Of a DNA stretch of 64,000 nucleotides, positions 1 through 15,250 are shown in pieces (positions within the stretch are counted from its first letter, which is position 1; the number at the start of each line of letters is the position of its first letter). The notes below the pieces were generated by a model. That model was not told where the DNA came from. It was given only the letters and a program-made list of their open reading frames with translations, and did no database searches. Source of the DNA: Octopus vulgaris. Lineage: Eukaryota. The translations under genes and the position numbers were made by a program. The stretch covers positions 67,642,001 to 67,706,000 of the forward strand of contig OX597822.1 of the NCBI GenBank assembly GCA_951406725.2, given 5' to 3'.

Positions 1-377
1 GGTCGACTTAGACTGTCAGCCTTTGCCTTTTTGGACCGATAAAATAAGTACCAGTTGAGCAGTGGAGTAGATGCAATTGACTAATCCCTTTTCCCAAACT
101 TGTCGGCCTTGTGCCGAAATTTGAAATCGTATTGATTTCAGATTTTGACTGTGGGAGGTAATATAATGTTCTTTTTTGATATATTCGGTTTTGTTGTGTG
201 TACCCATGCTGGGGTAGATCTATTCTGCATAATGTTGGAAATGTTGAGCATGCTTATCACGATGCGTGAACCAAAGCTGAAATAGAATGGCTGGCTCAGA
301 ACATATTTATTAAGCTGAAAAGAGAAAGATCCCAGAACGTATCATCCAACGAGTCACGATTACCCAGCAATTTAAAT

Positions 378-736
378 CAGTGGTTCTCGGCCGGGGACCT
401 TATGACACCTGAGGGTCCATATAAGATATTTTTAGGGTTCACACAATAAAACAGTAAATTGGGGACCCACAAAAGTATTTTAAGGACCCCTGAAAAAATT
501 AAGTTTTAGATGTATATATTAGTATATATTACAAGAAACAGCTAGGTTTCTTTCTGTAATATTTTACAGAGCTCAACCTACAAAAGTTAATGAGCGAGAA
601 ACAAAATAGAAATTTGGGAAAAAATATTTCTATAAAACTAGTTATTAAACATTGAATGGCTAATTGGGGGTCCACCATAATAAAATAATAATCAAAGGCG
701 TCCATAGATAAAAAAAAAAGTGGTCGAGAAACCCTG
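378..736. mobile_element. hAT (Charlie-like) MITE
   Basis: Imperfect TIRs CAGTGGTTCTCGGCC / GGTCGAGAAACCCTG; 8-bp flanks ATTTAAAT (370-377) and ATCTAAAC (737-744) fit a decayed hAT TSD; no coding capacity. Confidence 0.75.
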
Positions 737-1708
737 ATCTAAACGTAAACGTTGCTAGTGACCCCTTCAAGGCTCAAAATGAACTTGAATCTCGAATCTC
801 ATAAAGAAGATGTCGTAGAAAAAAAAAGCATTTATACAGACAGATGTACTGTATACTTTATTCCAACTGCATTGTCAAACCTTATGTCAGGTTGGCCTTC
901 AACTGGGGCACCGTGATTTCTTCGTTTACATTACGTCTTTTTTTTGGCATAACAATTGCATTCGTATTTAAAATTACATTTCTTCAATTTCCCTTTAACA
1001 TACAGTTGCGTTTTTTTATATTGTGCAATGAATCGCTCATTAAAGGAAAGAGTACAGGCGGTCGTGACTGTCATTTGAAGACGCATACAAAAACTGTCGA
1101 CTTCCCTCTTAAATAAATATAATGAAGTTTACTCAAAAATTGAATTGCAAAGAAATAGAGAATCATGGAGAAATAGGTGAGGGAAGTGTGAGGTGGTACA
1201 GTATGAGAGAGAGAGAGAGAGAGAGATAGAATGGCAGTAAGAGTAAGTAAAACGGTTAGAGTAACAGAGAGGAAGTAGGGTAGAAATAGAAATTAAAAAC
1301 TCAAAGAGAGAAACAGTAAGAGAAGCAAGGAGGGGAAAGAAATGACAGTATCAGGGTAGTAGAATGAGAGAGAGAGAGAGAGATAGAGAGAGGAAGGGAG
1401 AAAATACTATAGAAGAGATATCAAAGAGATATAGAGAGAGGCAGCAGTAAATAAATGGAGTTGGAAGTGAAGAGGGACAAAGAGAGAACGTCAAAGGGAA
1501 AATGTTATGTAAAGACAAAGATAATAACTGGAACGAGATAAGCTGCAAAGCTTTCGGTGGGGAACAGTAGGAGGCAAGAAAAACTAAAAAAAACAAGGAT
1601 TCAGAGATGTAGTAGCAGCGTATCATAGGTGATAATCTCTTACAAAAAGAGACTTACTGAAAAATATAACACGTATGTTCATGTATACACACACACACAC
1701 ACACACAC

Positions 1709-1761
<53 letters not shown>

Positions 1762-1946
1762 TTGTTATCGCCATATTAATATGGCAGTCTTATAGATATA
1801 AGACTAAAGCTGTCGCTGATTAGCTCCATGATTAGCTATTTGACACACAAACTGTGTCCATTATAACCTTCGAACAATTAATTTCCGGTAACGCTGCCGT
1901 AATCTCTTTTAGAGAGACTTAGTAATTTTAATATTTCTATTATATA

Positions 1947-1997
<51 letters not shown>

Positions 1998-2182
1998 CAA
2001 AAACTTAGATTGAGATGAATTTGGTACTTAAGTTGAGGCACCAGTTGAGGCAGCTGAGGATTGCGCATCTAAGTTGATATAAATGATTGCATTGTTCAAT
2101 TTATTGGAGTTGCATGAAACGATCGTACTGCATTACCTCTGGATATCATTGTTGCTTATTTTGATGATATATATACATATAA

Positions 2183-2232
<50 letters not shown>

Positions 2233-2503
2233 GTGTGTGTATGTATAATTAAGATTCAGTTGAATTAGATACTTAAATTGAGGCACCTTGCCAGTTCGGT
2301 ATAGTCCTCACAACTCCGAGTAAGGTGAACAGCACGTAAATAAGTAAAAAGGATGCACAGGGGTCATTACATTACGACCGTTACGGCATTATTTTCTAAA
2401 CTCATTCTGCCACTGATACAATGTAATTATTTCGAATCCTATTATTGATGTAAATTTGTTTTAAAATGGTTTATCCTTTGTGTTTGAAATGTATATGGTC
2501 ATC

Positions 2504-2590
2504 TGCGTCTGAAGAGAGTGGTTTACTTCAAATCGATGCAATGTTTCCATTGATCATTTAAATGGAGCCACTTGAAACGACCGTAATGTA
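2504..2590 (+). ncRNA. Type I hammerhead ribozyme motif with long stem II
   Basis: Stem I TGCGT/ATGTA (2 wobbles), core CTGAAGA (2509-2515), stem II GAGTGG/CCACTT around a 58-nt domain, GAAA (2574-2577), short stem III ACG..CGT, GUA triplet. Confidence 0.65.
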
Positions 2591-2645
2591 TCAACACCGG
2601 TACATCCTTGTTACTTATATATATGTATATATATATATGCATATA

Positions 2646-2723
<78 letters not shown>

Positions 2724-2724
2724 A

Positions 2725-2890
2725 TAGGCGTAGGAGTAGCTGTGTGATAAGTAGCTTGCTTACGAACCACATGGTTCCGGGTTCAGTCCTACTGCGGGAC
2801 ACCTTGGGCAAGTGTCTTCCTCTATAGCCTCGGGCTGACCAAAGCTTTGTGAGTGGATTTGGTAGACGGAAAATGAAAGAAGCTCATCGT

Positions 2891-2934
<44 letters not shown>

Positions 2935-3152
2935 AGGTGCATATGTTTGTGTGTCTATGTTTGTCCCCCAACATTGCTTGACATCCGATGCTGGTGTGTT
3001 TACGTCCCCGTAACTTAGCAGTTCGGCAAAAAAGACCAATAGAATAAGTACTAGGCTTCCAAAGAATAAGTCATAGGATCAATTTGCTCGACTAAAGGCG
3101 GTGTTCCAGTATGGCCACAGTCAAATCACTGAAACAAGTAAAAGAATAAAGA
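2725..3152 (+). mobile_element. SINE family B (tRNA-headed, CORE-like), near full length
   Basis: A/B-box-like head, MIR/CORE-like CCTTGGGCAAGTGTCTT segment, internal (TA)/(TG) tract, tail ...GAAACAAGTAAAAGA; about 12 copies in window. Confidence 0.9.
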
Positions 3153-3699
3153 GCATATATAGATACACACACATAAACACATACACACATACACATGCAC
3201 ATACGTATGATTGAATGCGCTCAACGCTCAGTGATTGAATCATTCTGGTTTAGGCTCTAATCTTAATCGCGTTAAACTCCCGCTGTCACATATTACCCGT
3301 ACTGGAGGATGGTCTATGTCGTTATACAAAGAGAACATCAATACTAAGAGAAAAGAACATGAGCATTGAATTGCCACTTCTTCATGTCATCTGTTACACA
3401 TGTTTCAGCATTCAGCAACGTATGAAGGCAAACAATAGATGACACACCTACAGAGCACCCTACAGAGCCAGCAGGGTGAGCTAACACATCGTCAGAGAGT
3501 TAAAGAGGAATTACAGGTGAGAGACAACCAGTGACCAAATTTAGACACAACTGGGGAGTGGGGAGTGAGGGGGGGATAAACAAGAGAGACACTCAACAAT
3601 TGTGGCAAAGGGTTATATGTATTTTATAATTAGTTTGACTCAGGCCGATATAGCTTCAGGTTTCGTGGGTGCGGAGGACACGACTAATTCATCGATTAT

Positions 3700-3708
3700 A
3701 AGAAGAGG

Positions 3709-3764
<56 letters not shown>

Positions 3765-4115
3765 AAGAGAGAGACAGTCAGACAGAGACAGTCAGACAGA
3801 CAGAGGCAGAGATATAGAGTGAGTGAATGAGTGAATGAGTGAGAGAGAGAGAGAGATGATGATGAGAGAGAAGGAGAAAGAGAGGAGAGAAGATAGGAAA
3901 AGGAGAGAGGGAGAGAAGGAGAGAGAGAGGAGGAGGAGGAGGAAGAGAGAGGGAAGAGGAGAGAGAAGGAGATACAGAGAAACGGAGAGAGGAGAGAGAG
4001 AAGGAGAGAGAGAAGGAGAGAGGGAGAGAATGTGAGAGAGAAAGTTGGAGAGAGAGAGGAGAGAGGGAGAAGGAGAAAGAGGAGAAAGAGAAGGAGAGAG
4101 GAAGGGAGATTTTTC
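3700..4115. repeat. Polypurine (GA)n/(GGA) low-complexity tract
   Basis: Plus strand almost entirely A/G. Confidence 0.9.
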
Positions 4116-4809
4116 AATTTGTATCCAAAAGAGACACACTTGCTTTAAACAGATATCGTTGCCGTTTGTTACTTTTATTCTTATTTTGTTCTTACAAAGA
4201 ATTCACTCGAAACGTTAGTCTTCTTCTGTTTCTTCTTCGCGTACGGTTCTCTAAGCACAACTTCTTATATTAATGTTTCTTTCATTTGACTTGTAACCTC
4301 TCACGTTGTCTAAATGTCTGTCTCCTATTCCTGTCGTTCCATTCGAGCCATTTTACACACACACACACATGCACAAACACACATGCACAAACACGCACAC
4401 ACACACACAAACACCCACACGCACATGCACACACGCAGACATACACCCGCATACAGACCATTTGTCAATTGAATAAGTACTTCGATAGAATAAGTACTGG
4501 GATCGATTTGTTTGACCAATTTGTTGAAGGCAGTGCTCCAGCATGGCTGCAGTCCAATGAATAATACACGTAAAAGATAGCTTTAATATTGAAATATGCT
4601 CTTGTTTTAATGTTTAAAAATCGATAGAGCTGGTGAGAATGCGAGACCAAACCGAGACATGCACTGTCTCCCGTAAGCGTTGTTTGTTATTGATATCGTT
4701 ATGAAATATATTCGAACATGGCGGCCTGGCGTGCTTCGTGAGGAAACAGTAGTAGCCGCCAGCATTAGGTCCAGTCAACGAATTTACATCAATTCTTAAA
4801 TTCAAGGTA

Positions 4810-5378
4810 CTGGGTTGTCCGGAAAGTTCGTGCCGATTTATAGTATCTTATCTTTCGACTTATTTGAGAACATGGTTGAGTGCAAAAAAAAAAGGATTTG
4901 ACTACACCTCCATTTAAAGCACAGTCTAAGTTATCTTTTCGTGGAAGAAGGTTTATGTTCCTATAACCTGTGTTAATTCTGTAACCCTTTAAAATGGAAG
5001 ATGAGAAAGCTCAATTTCGGCACTTGAAGCTTTGGGAACCAGACAAAAATTGCTGCAGCTCGGCTGGGATGTGTTACTCCACCCTCCATATTCACCAGAT
5101 ATTGCCCCTTCGGATTTCCACTTATTCAGGTCCCTGCTGAATAGTCTTAATGGTAAAAATTTCAATTCCTTGGATGACGTAAGAAAGATACTTTGATGAA
5201 TTCTTTGCCATGAAACCACCTCAATTCTGGGAAGAGGGTATTTTCAAGTTAAAGGAAAGATGGAGACGCATTGTGCAACAAAATGGTTCATATTTGGTTG
5301 ATTAAAAATGTAATGGCAAGTATTTATTGACCTTTTTCTTTCCTTTAAAAGTCGGCAAGAACTTTCCGGACAACCCAA
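4810..5378 (+). mobile_element. Internally deleted mariner (MITE-like) with both TIRs
   Basis: TA flanks at 4808-9 and 5379-80; TIR (C/T)TGGGTTGTCCGGAAAGTTC(G/T)TGCCGA; N-terminal MEDEKAQFRHL fused to C-terminal HPPYSPDIAPSDFHLFRSL...KERWRRIVQQNGSYLVD*. Confidence 0.92.
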
Positions 5379-5825
5379 TATTATTACTTGTTTTTCTCGT
5401 ACATTAGTACCATTGCCGTATACATACAAAATTACAAAATATACACGCTCAAATACACTTACATATACACGCATATTTTTATACATGCATAAATAAATAC
5501 AGATATACTTCCCAAGATGCCGACTTACGCACACAAAAATACACATATACCCGTTACTTGGTACAATCATTATGTTCTCGTCGCCATTGTTGCACAATAT
5601 ATATCTGTTTCTTTCCCATTATAGCAAAAGTTCTTTTGATGATATCTGATAATGAAACAATCGTTGAAGTAACATGTCTGCTGTGTTGTTTAGTTTTCCT
5701 TCATTAAATGGATTGTTCCGTTTGGTTAACTCTGTTTGAAACTTCGCTGCTTTGTATAATTAATTCTTTTTGTTGAACGCTAGTTTACAAGAAATATGGT
5801 CGCAGTCTTTCTTCTGACGATCACG

Positions 5826-5894
<69 letters not shown>

Positions 5895-6023
5895 TTCATC
5901 GTCATCATCATCATTATTACTTCTACGACTACTATTATTGATGTCGTTGTTATTGTTGCAGTTGATGATGATGACGATGATGTTATCACTGTTGCTATTT
6001 GATTTGAAAAAATTAAGAAGCAT

Positions 6024-6064
<41 letters not shown>

Positions 6065-6416
6065 ACAGCTTCGTCATAAGTACTATTATTGGCACTGTTG
6101 CTATTGTTTTAAAAAATATTCTGAGACGCAATCATAATCATAATCATCATCATCATCATTATTATTATTATTATTAAAATGGTTCATCTAAATAGTAAAC
6201 AATTTCGTTTTTTACAAGCTGTAATTGCCTTTTATCTCTTATTGTGTGTTTTGAAAAGAACGTAGTCAAAATACGAAGTTTACCATTCTATCAGAGAAGA
6301 CGTCCATATTTCGCAACTTACCCGTTACCAGCTTTGTGTTGTTTCCCTGGTAGCATAATATATGCAACAGTAGTATTAACAGCAGCAGTAGCTGTGATAA
6401 TTCTTTAGATTAATCG

Positions 6417-7014
6417 TATTCCTTTATTGCCCAGAAGGGGCTAAACATAGAGGAGACAAACAAGGACAGACAAAAGGATTAAGTCGATTATATCGACTTC
6501 AGTGCGTAACTGGTACTTATTTAATCGACCCCGAAAGGATGAAAGGCTAAGTCGACCTCAGCGGAATTTGAACTCAGAACGTAAAGACAGACAAAATACC
6601 TATTTCTTTACTACCCACAAGAGGCTAAACACAGAGGGGACGAACAAGGACAAACAAACGGATTAAGTCGATAATATAAACCCCAGTGCGTAACTGGTAC
6701 TTATTTAATCGACCCCGAAAGGATGAAAAGCTAAGTCGACCTCGGCGGAATTTGAACTCAAAGCATAAAGATAGACGAAATGCCTATTTCTTTATTACCC
6801 ACAATGGGCTAAATACAGAGGGGACAAACAAGGACAGACATAGGTATTAAGTCGATTACATCGACCCCAGTGCGTAACTGGTACTTAATTTATCGACCCC
6901 GAAAGGATGAAAGGCAAAGTCGACCTCGGCGGAATTTGAACTCACAACGTAACGCAGACGAAATACCGCTAAGCATTTCGCCCGGTATGCTAACGTTTCT
7001 GCCAGCTCGCCGCC
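6417..7014 (-). mobile_element. SINE family A trimer (184-bp unit x3)
   Basis: Head GGCGGCGAGCTGGCAGAAACGTTAGC, B-box GTTCAAATTCC in each unit, period 184 bp; 12-bp TSD TTTAGATTAATC (6404-6415 / 7015-7026). Confidence 0.92.
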
Positions 7015-7278
7015 TTTAGATTAATCTTACTTCTGAGAAAACTAACACATAGGAAAATTTACCCAAAAATTGTTACGAAAACCATGATACTAAACCAAAC
7101 CTTAAAATGTTCATGGTTCTAAATTCTAAATCCTATATATATTTTAGTAATCATAGCTATATTTTTTCTGATCTGGCTCCCAGAGGAAAGGAATTTGAGA
7201 AGCCAATACATTGATTAACCATCGCTTAAGTAATTCGTTAATTACTCAGTTTAATTCACATTATGATTTTTTAAAACT

Positions 7279-7476
7279 TGCCACGAGGCTAGCAATTTTA
7301 AGGAAAGGGATAAGTCAATTATATCGCTCCCAGTGTTAAACTGCTACTTATTTTATCGAAACCCGTAAGGACGAAAGGTAAAGTCGACCTCAGCGGAATT
7401 TGAATTCAGATTGTAAAACTGAAAAACAAAAGAAAACCTCCAAGCATTTTCCCTAGTCTGCTAACGATTCTACCAG
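7279..7476 (-). mobile_element. Diverged SINE family A copy
   Basis: AAGTCGACCTCAGCGGAATTTGAA core and decayed head. Confidence 0.75.
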
Positions 7477-8117
7477 AAGCGAAATCGTACCAGTGCGTCT
7501 ACATTTATTGGTAAAACGACCCCACCCCACCCAAGATACAACATACATTTTATATTAACACTGTTATTCATACACACATATATGCTTCCACATTTGTCAA
7601 TAACACCAAAGTAGGGACTAGAGGCGACATCCTTAGTGATTAAATCAGATCAAATGCAGTAAATTTGAGTCGAGTTTGATGATAATGAACTCAAGCATAT
7701 TAGATGGCTTTCGAAAAATTATTAATAACAAGAACTGAATATTATGTTTTAAGAAGTACATAAATTGACTCTACAATTCATATATTGAGTACTTATTTGT
7801 ACTATGAAAGGTGCGTCGTTATATGAGTGCATGTGCGTACATGTGCAAACTTTGCAACAAATCATTCATTCACCAACAATTAATGCAGCAGAAGCAATGC
7901 TAAACACGTATCCTTTGTCTTCTATATCTTACTTGTGATTAGACAGCGGCCATGCTGCTGCACGGCCTTCAAGTATTCTTACTCGACCCCACTACTTATC
8001 ATGATTTTTTTTTTGCCGGTTGTCAAGCGGTGGTGGGGTACAAACGTAGATAGAAAGACACACTCACACACGCTCATATGTGTGCGTATGTGTGTGTGTA
8101 TGTATATCTCTGTGTGT

Positions 8118-8232
8118 ATACGACGGGCTTCTTTCAGGTTCCGTCGAGCAAATTCACTCACAAAGCTTTGAGTGGCTCGAGATTATAGTAGAAGACACTT
8201 GCCCAAGATGCCATGCAGTGGGACTGAACTCG
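8118..8232 (-). mobile_element. SINE family B 5' fragment
   Basis: GAAGACACTTGCCCAAG CORE-like segment and B-box in reverse. Confidence 0.8.
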
Positions 8233-8290
8233 GCACGTATACATAAAAAGAAGTATTATCTTTGGGCTGTACAAAATGTTAAGACAGTGA

Positions 8291-8545
<255 letters not shown>

Positions 8546-9494
8546 TAAATACACAGATACATACAGATATGCATGCATATGTATTTACATATATGCATAT
8601 ACAGCTGTATATGTGCATATATGTATCTATGTGTAAATATCTATGTGTGTATGTATGACAGACATAGATAAAAAAAAATAACGAAGCATAATGGCACATT
8701 ACATCCCCTAAACTATTTTCCGGTGAAAATTTGAAAATTCGAAAGGATTCCGCAAACAATAGATATCTTTGGTCGCTTGAATGGAATCAACGAAATTTTC
8801 AATTACATTTTTTTTTTCTCTTCTGTTCCTGTCAGGGAGGCGGGTACAATTCAAGCGATTCTTGAATGATTGAAATCTATCAGATGACCTTCATAATTCG
8901 ATAACTCTATGTGATATTTGTTCCATTCTATACACATGAAATCATTAATGCTATTATCCATCTATTTCTGAACAAAAAAAAATTAAAAATTTAAAAAATG
9001 GATACGCCGATGCCAGCTTCCTGAAACGCATTCGATTGAGAATAATGGCGATAGCACGATTAAACATAGATAAATGTAAGGATAGCCCAATTATCTCTCG
9101 AATTTGGACACACCACAGGATATATTCCAAGATATATTTTCTTGGGTAACATCTGTGATTGTGTAGTCATGTGATATACTTTATATGTACCGCTATTATC
9201 TTCATTTCCTTGTACCGTGCTTCAATCACATATCTGAAAATGCACACACAATTGATTTTGTACGCTTGCGTCCTCCTGTCTCGAATTACGTCTTCAGGTT
9301 GTCGTTTAACTTTGCTTTCTCTTAATAACTTCTTTTTATTTTTTACATATATTTTACATTAGCTCATGTTTATATCGGCACTTAATGTTTGGATCGAGTA
9401 TTAAGGTAAGCATAGAAGCATATATCTATGCAAATCTTAAAAGTAAAATATTCATAAACACACGCATACATACATCCGCAAACATAAATACATA

Positions 9495-9501
9495 CACGCA
9501 C

Positions 9502-9558
<57 letters not shown>

Positions 9559-9687
9559 GTATGTGTGTGTGTGTAAATATGTATATGCATGTATATGTGT
9601 GCATGTGTGTATACGTGTGTGTCTGTCTGCCTGTGTGTGTATATCTATGTGTATGTAAGCACATATGTATGTATTCATGTGCATATG

Positions 9688-9729
<42 letters not shown>

Positions 9730-9798
9730 CACATACATACTTATATACCAACGCCCGCACACAGTTACTCAGTTATCAAGTTATCTGAATGCATATGA

Positions 9799-9850
<52 letters not shown>

Positions 9851-9977
9851 CTGTGTGTATGTGTATATGTGCGTGTGTATATAAATTGATATATAGATAG
9901 ATATAGATATATATACTTACCTATAATTTGTTATACATGTCTATATATATGCAAAGATATACACATATAATATATAC

Positions 9978-10023
<46 letters not shown>

Positions 10024-10037
10024 TATATATACATATA

Positions 10038-10128
<91 letters not shown>

Positions 10129-10260
10129 GTATGTACGTATACATATACATATACATTTACCGATATATATGCACGAATATACATATATATTTATATATAT
10201 ATCTTTATATATACGAATATATATAAACACGAATTAAGCATATATATAAGAAACGTATGA
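9495..10260. repeat. Compound (TA)n/(TG)n microsatellite field
   Basis: Direct reading. Confidence 0.9.
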
Positions 10261-10552
10261 GTATATGTGTGCGTGTGTGTTAGTGTGTGTGTGGATAGGG
10301 TTTTGGTTTCGTGATCGTATGCTTGTGGTTTCAATTACTGGATCAGGTGAAGCATAATTTGTGCATGCGTTATTGAGTATGCATATATGTGTAATAATGT
10401 CTCCATGATTTTCAAAGTATGCATGTTGTGCACTGTCTTGTTTATGAAGACATGTAATATCGAAGAGTTTAGAATTTCGATTTGCAATCACTGAATCCAG
10501 TTTTCGATTCTACTGTGCAGCCTCTTTTACAATGTAATTTTTTTTTTACATA

Positions 10553-10970
10553 TAGGCGTAAGAGTGGCTGTGTGTTAAGAAGCTTGCTTACTAACCACAT
10601 GGTTCGGGGTTCATTCCCACTGCATGGCACCTTGGGCAAGTGTCTTCTACTTGTAGCCCCGGGCCGAACAAATCCTTGTGAGTGGATTTGGTTGACGGAA
10701 ACTGTTAGAAGCCTAGCGTATATGTATATTTATGTATATGTGTGTGTGTGTGTACATGTTTGTGTGTCTGTGTTTGTTCCCCCAACATCGCTTGACAACC
10801 GATGCTGATGCTGATGTGTTTGCGTCCCCGTAACTTAGCGGTTCAGCAAAAGAAACCGATAGAATAAGTACTAGGCTTACAAAGAATAAGCCCTGGGGTC
10901 GATTTACTCAACACAATGCGATGCTCCAGCATGGCTGCAGTCAAATGACTGAAACATGTAAAAGAGTAAA
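10553..10970 (+). mobile_element. SINE family B, near full length
   Basis: Colinear with copies at 2725, 53431 and 61318. Confidence 0.9.
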
Positions 10971-11370
10971 CAATATAATCTCGGTCAAATACTGCGACTG
11001 AAACTTGTAGATGGAAACTCATTGGAAATACCTCGGATTGCTTATAACGGTAATATAAATGGCCAGCCTTTTTTTTACACTCTGTCACACTAATTCTGCC
11101 TGGCATTTGACTTTGGAATACTCAGCCGCTTCTAAGAGAACTAGGTAGTTCAGCTGAGTGAATAAGAGGAATGTTAACTGTCGAAAGAGAAGTAAATCCA
11201 TTACTTTCTTTTAAAAAGTATATGTGCTTCCGCCAGTCTGAAATTCTCTGCGGATAATGTTGTCTTTATTCAACACGGTTTATTTCTGAACACACAAACA
11301 ACGATACCACATAAACACTCACACACATACACGGTAAAGGATTTAGCGTGTGTATGATTTCATGTCTGTA

Positions 11371-11418
<48 letters not shown>

Positions 11419-11659
11419 AACACTCATTCTAGTGCACGTTCGTGTATGTGTGCGTGTGTACAAATGCGCATACAAACAAATATTTATAACACACATATAT
11501 ATTTCTGTACATAAATATCTACATGTGTAAGTGTATGGATCTATCTATACAATTCTGTTCGTGTGTTTTTGACTCCAACTAATACAATCATAATGAAATT
11601 GTATGGATGCACGTGCGAGCTACTATTATTATATGCAAGAATGTGTTTATCCCTATGCT

Positions 11660-11668
11660 ATTAATATG

Positions 11669-11715
<47 letters not shown>

Positions 11716-11756
11716 CACATATATTATGCATTTATTTATATATATATATATATATA

Positions 11757-11791
<35 letters not shown>

Positions 11792-11920
11792 GCATTTATA
11801 TATATATATGTATATGCGTATTTATATATATATATGTGTGTGTGAATATATATGTATATGCGTATTTATATATATATATGCATTTATATATATATATGCA
11901 TATTTATATATATATGCATT

Positions 11921-11958
<38 letters not shown>

Positions 11959-12080
11959 TGCATATTTATATATATATATATATATATGCATTTATATATA
12001 TATATATATATATACATACATACATACATACATACACACACACATACATACATACATACATACATACATACATACATACA

Positions 12081-12114
<34 letters not shown>

Positions 12115-12130
12115 CATACATACATACATG
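11660..12130. repeat. (TA)n/(CA)n/(CATA)n microsatellite field
   Basis: Direct reading. Confidence 0.9.
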
Positions 12131-13149
12131 AAACGCGTATATGTATGCCTGTATGTTTGTGTGTTTATTTTATAGTATGTATGTGTGTTGTATATGAAAG
12201 CATCTCTCCATATAAATTTGATATGCGGTTTGATACCGCAAGCCGTTGTGCATGAATGACTCAACACGGCTTGTTTTCTATATATTTAGCATCAGTTTTA
12301 TATCATTTCAAAGTAGCAAAGAACCAAGAATTCCCTCTCTTCAATAGCTAGGGCCTATGTTAAAGATTCACAAAAACACTCTAATAATTTAATGCATCAC
12401 AGACCAGAAGGATTTCAGGGCTTGAAAAAAAAAATAATAATACCGAAACAAGAAAAATCGCTCCTCTCCTACCATTACCCAAATCCAACATTACCTAAAA
12501 TACAAAACATGGATTAAAAGAAAAAAAAGCAACTGTAAAAACAAAGAAGAAAATAAGAGCGTAAGAATGGAACATAGAAGGAGGAAGGAAGAACTGATGT
12601 GTAGGAAAATTCAACGTGTCTTGCGAATTGTTCTTAAATGGTCTCTACCTGCCAATCTCTGGAATGATTTCATCATCATAAAATTGTTAGAGCACGTGTC
12701 GGTGATGTTGATGTTAAAATTGGGGAGATAGATTCTTAGATTTTGGTTAGGGTGGGATTGGAGGCGGCGGCAGTGGTGGGGGTGGGCAGGCGGGTTAGAT
12801 GGTGGGTTCGGATGGTTGGATGGGTGGATGGGTGGATGAGTAAATGAATGGATATCTTGATGGTTTCTTTACGATTGAATATGTTTTACTTTTCTGGTGA
12901 GTTGACGGCTGAAATCATCGGCTGTTGCTTCTTTAAGGGTGTGCGTGTTTCTGCGTGTGTGTGTATGTGAGAGAGATAAAGAGATAGAGAGAAAGTGTGT
13001 GTCTGGGTGCGTCTGTGTGTATGTGCGCGTGCATGTGTGCGTGCTTATGTGCGCACATTTATTTGTATCTATTTGTTTTCAATGTTCCCTTACATTTTCA
13101 GACATTTTTATTCTTCTATTAATAATGCGTGTGGTTTTGTGAGTGCGTG

Positions 13150-13540
<391 letters not shown>

Positions 13541-14924
13541 TTTTTATTATATTTCTAATTTTTTTATTACTCACCATTCCTTATTGCTCTATCATTGTAC
13601 CTGATATCTGACGTTGCCCTTGTTTTTTTATATTTTGTTATAATTTTTTTCCCAGTCATTCTGCTCCACCTTCACACTATCACAAAATATAGGCATAAAA
13701 CCTTGCCAAGAACTAGCTATAAACGCTATTATCCAACTATTTTGCATAAGAATACGCAAACAACTTCTCCGAGTCTGTTCAATTGTGAATAATGGTGATA
13801 GCCCGATTAAACATTTATAAATATAAGGGTAGCACATTTATCTTTCAAATTGAAACCTCGTAGGATGTACTCCAATGAACATTACTCTTTGACTCTTTTC
13901 CCACATTTCTTATAATTTTTCTATTCCTCTAACTGGTTTTCTTAGTTTTATCGAAAATTTTCTCATTTTCTCTTGATTTCTTTCCCCTTGTACCTTTTAT
14001 TCTTTTACTCATTTATATTCTTTATATTTTATTTTCTACATTGTTATGTAACATCCTTGTTGAAAAACCACCAGTTTGTATCAAAAAAAATTTCACTTTA
14101 CCTCCAGATTATATTTAGATTGATAAAATAATATTCAAATTCAGCACTGGAGTCGATATTGCCGACGAAAATGAAAAAAAAAAAATTTAAAAAACAGAAA
14201 GGAAGTAAAATGGAATAAAGAATTTCATTGCAGTGCTTCAACGTGGTGGCAGTCCTATGAGCAGAACAAGCAAAAAGTTATAAATGAATTTGTTTCTTCT
14301 GTTAATAATCGCATGGCTTCTTTCTGAGGTCTTGTCAGTTATCCCCTGTCTTATTTTCTCAAAAATTATAGAATTGCTCTAGGCATTATTTACACAATTA
14401 TATATCTCTGTGTATCTATGTACGTATGTATATATGTATGTTTGTATCCGTCGTCATTTTCTCTTTGCCCACACTCTAACATATTTACTATTAAATTCCC
14501 TTTCCTAAACAGATTCAACTCATTCTTATTCACATTACTCTACCTACCAAAAGATCACCTTGCCCTAAGCCTATATAATGCTAGAAAAAAACAAAAAAAA
14601 CAACTAAAGCACAGTCTGATGATATCTTGTAAGCCAAATATTCAAAGTCACTGTCACCCATTTCTTTGGAAAAATATACAAATATCTGTATGTCTACCTA
14701 TTTCTCGGTCGGTCATTTTGTCTCAGTCTCTTACTCTTTTTTATTACATGACATTTTATTACAAATGACCAATATTAGTTTCAGTAGAATAGAAAAATGT
14801 AGTTAAATATCGTTAGTAGAAGTGATTATGAAAGACAACGAAAGACTACGATGCTAGAGAATAGATAATGTACAAGAAAGTTTGTTTTAATAGTTTCCTC
14901 TGTTATAATGTCATAATGTGAGAG

Positions 14925-15250
<326 letters not shown>

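Noticed and set aside
6417-7014. CRISPR-like regularly spaced repeats
   Set aside because: Whole 184-bp units are repeated with no unique spacers; these are SINE multimers in eukaryotic DNA.
12750-12840. G-quadruplex-like G-rich stretch
   Set aside because: Irregular G-runs within (GGAT)-type low-complexity sequence, common in this window; no specific support.
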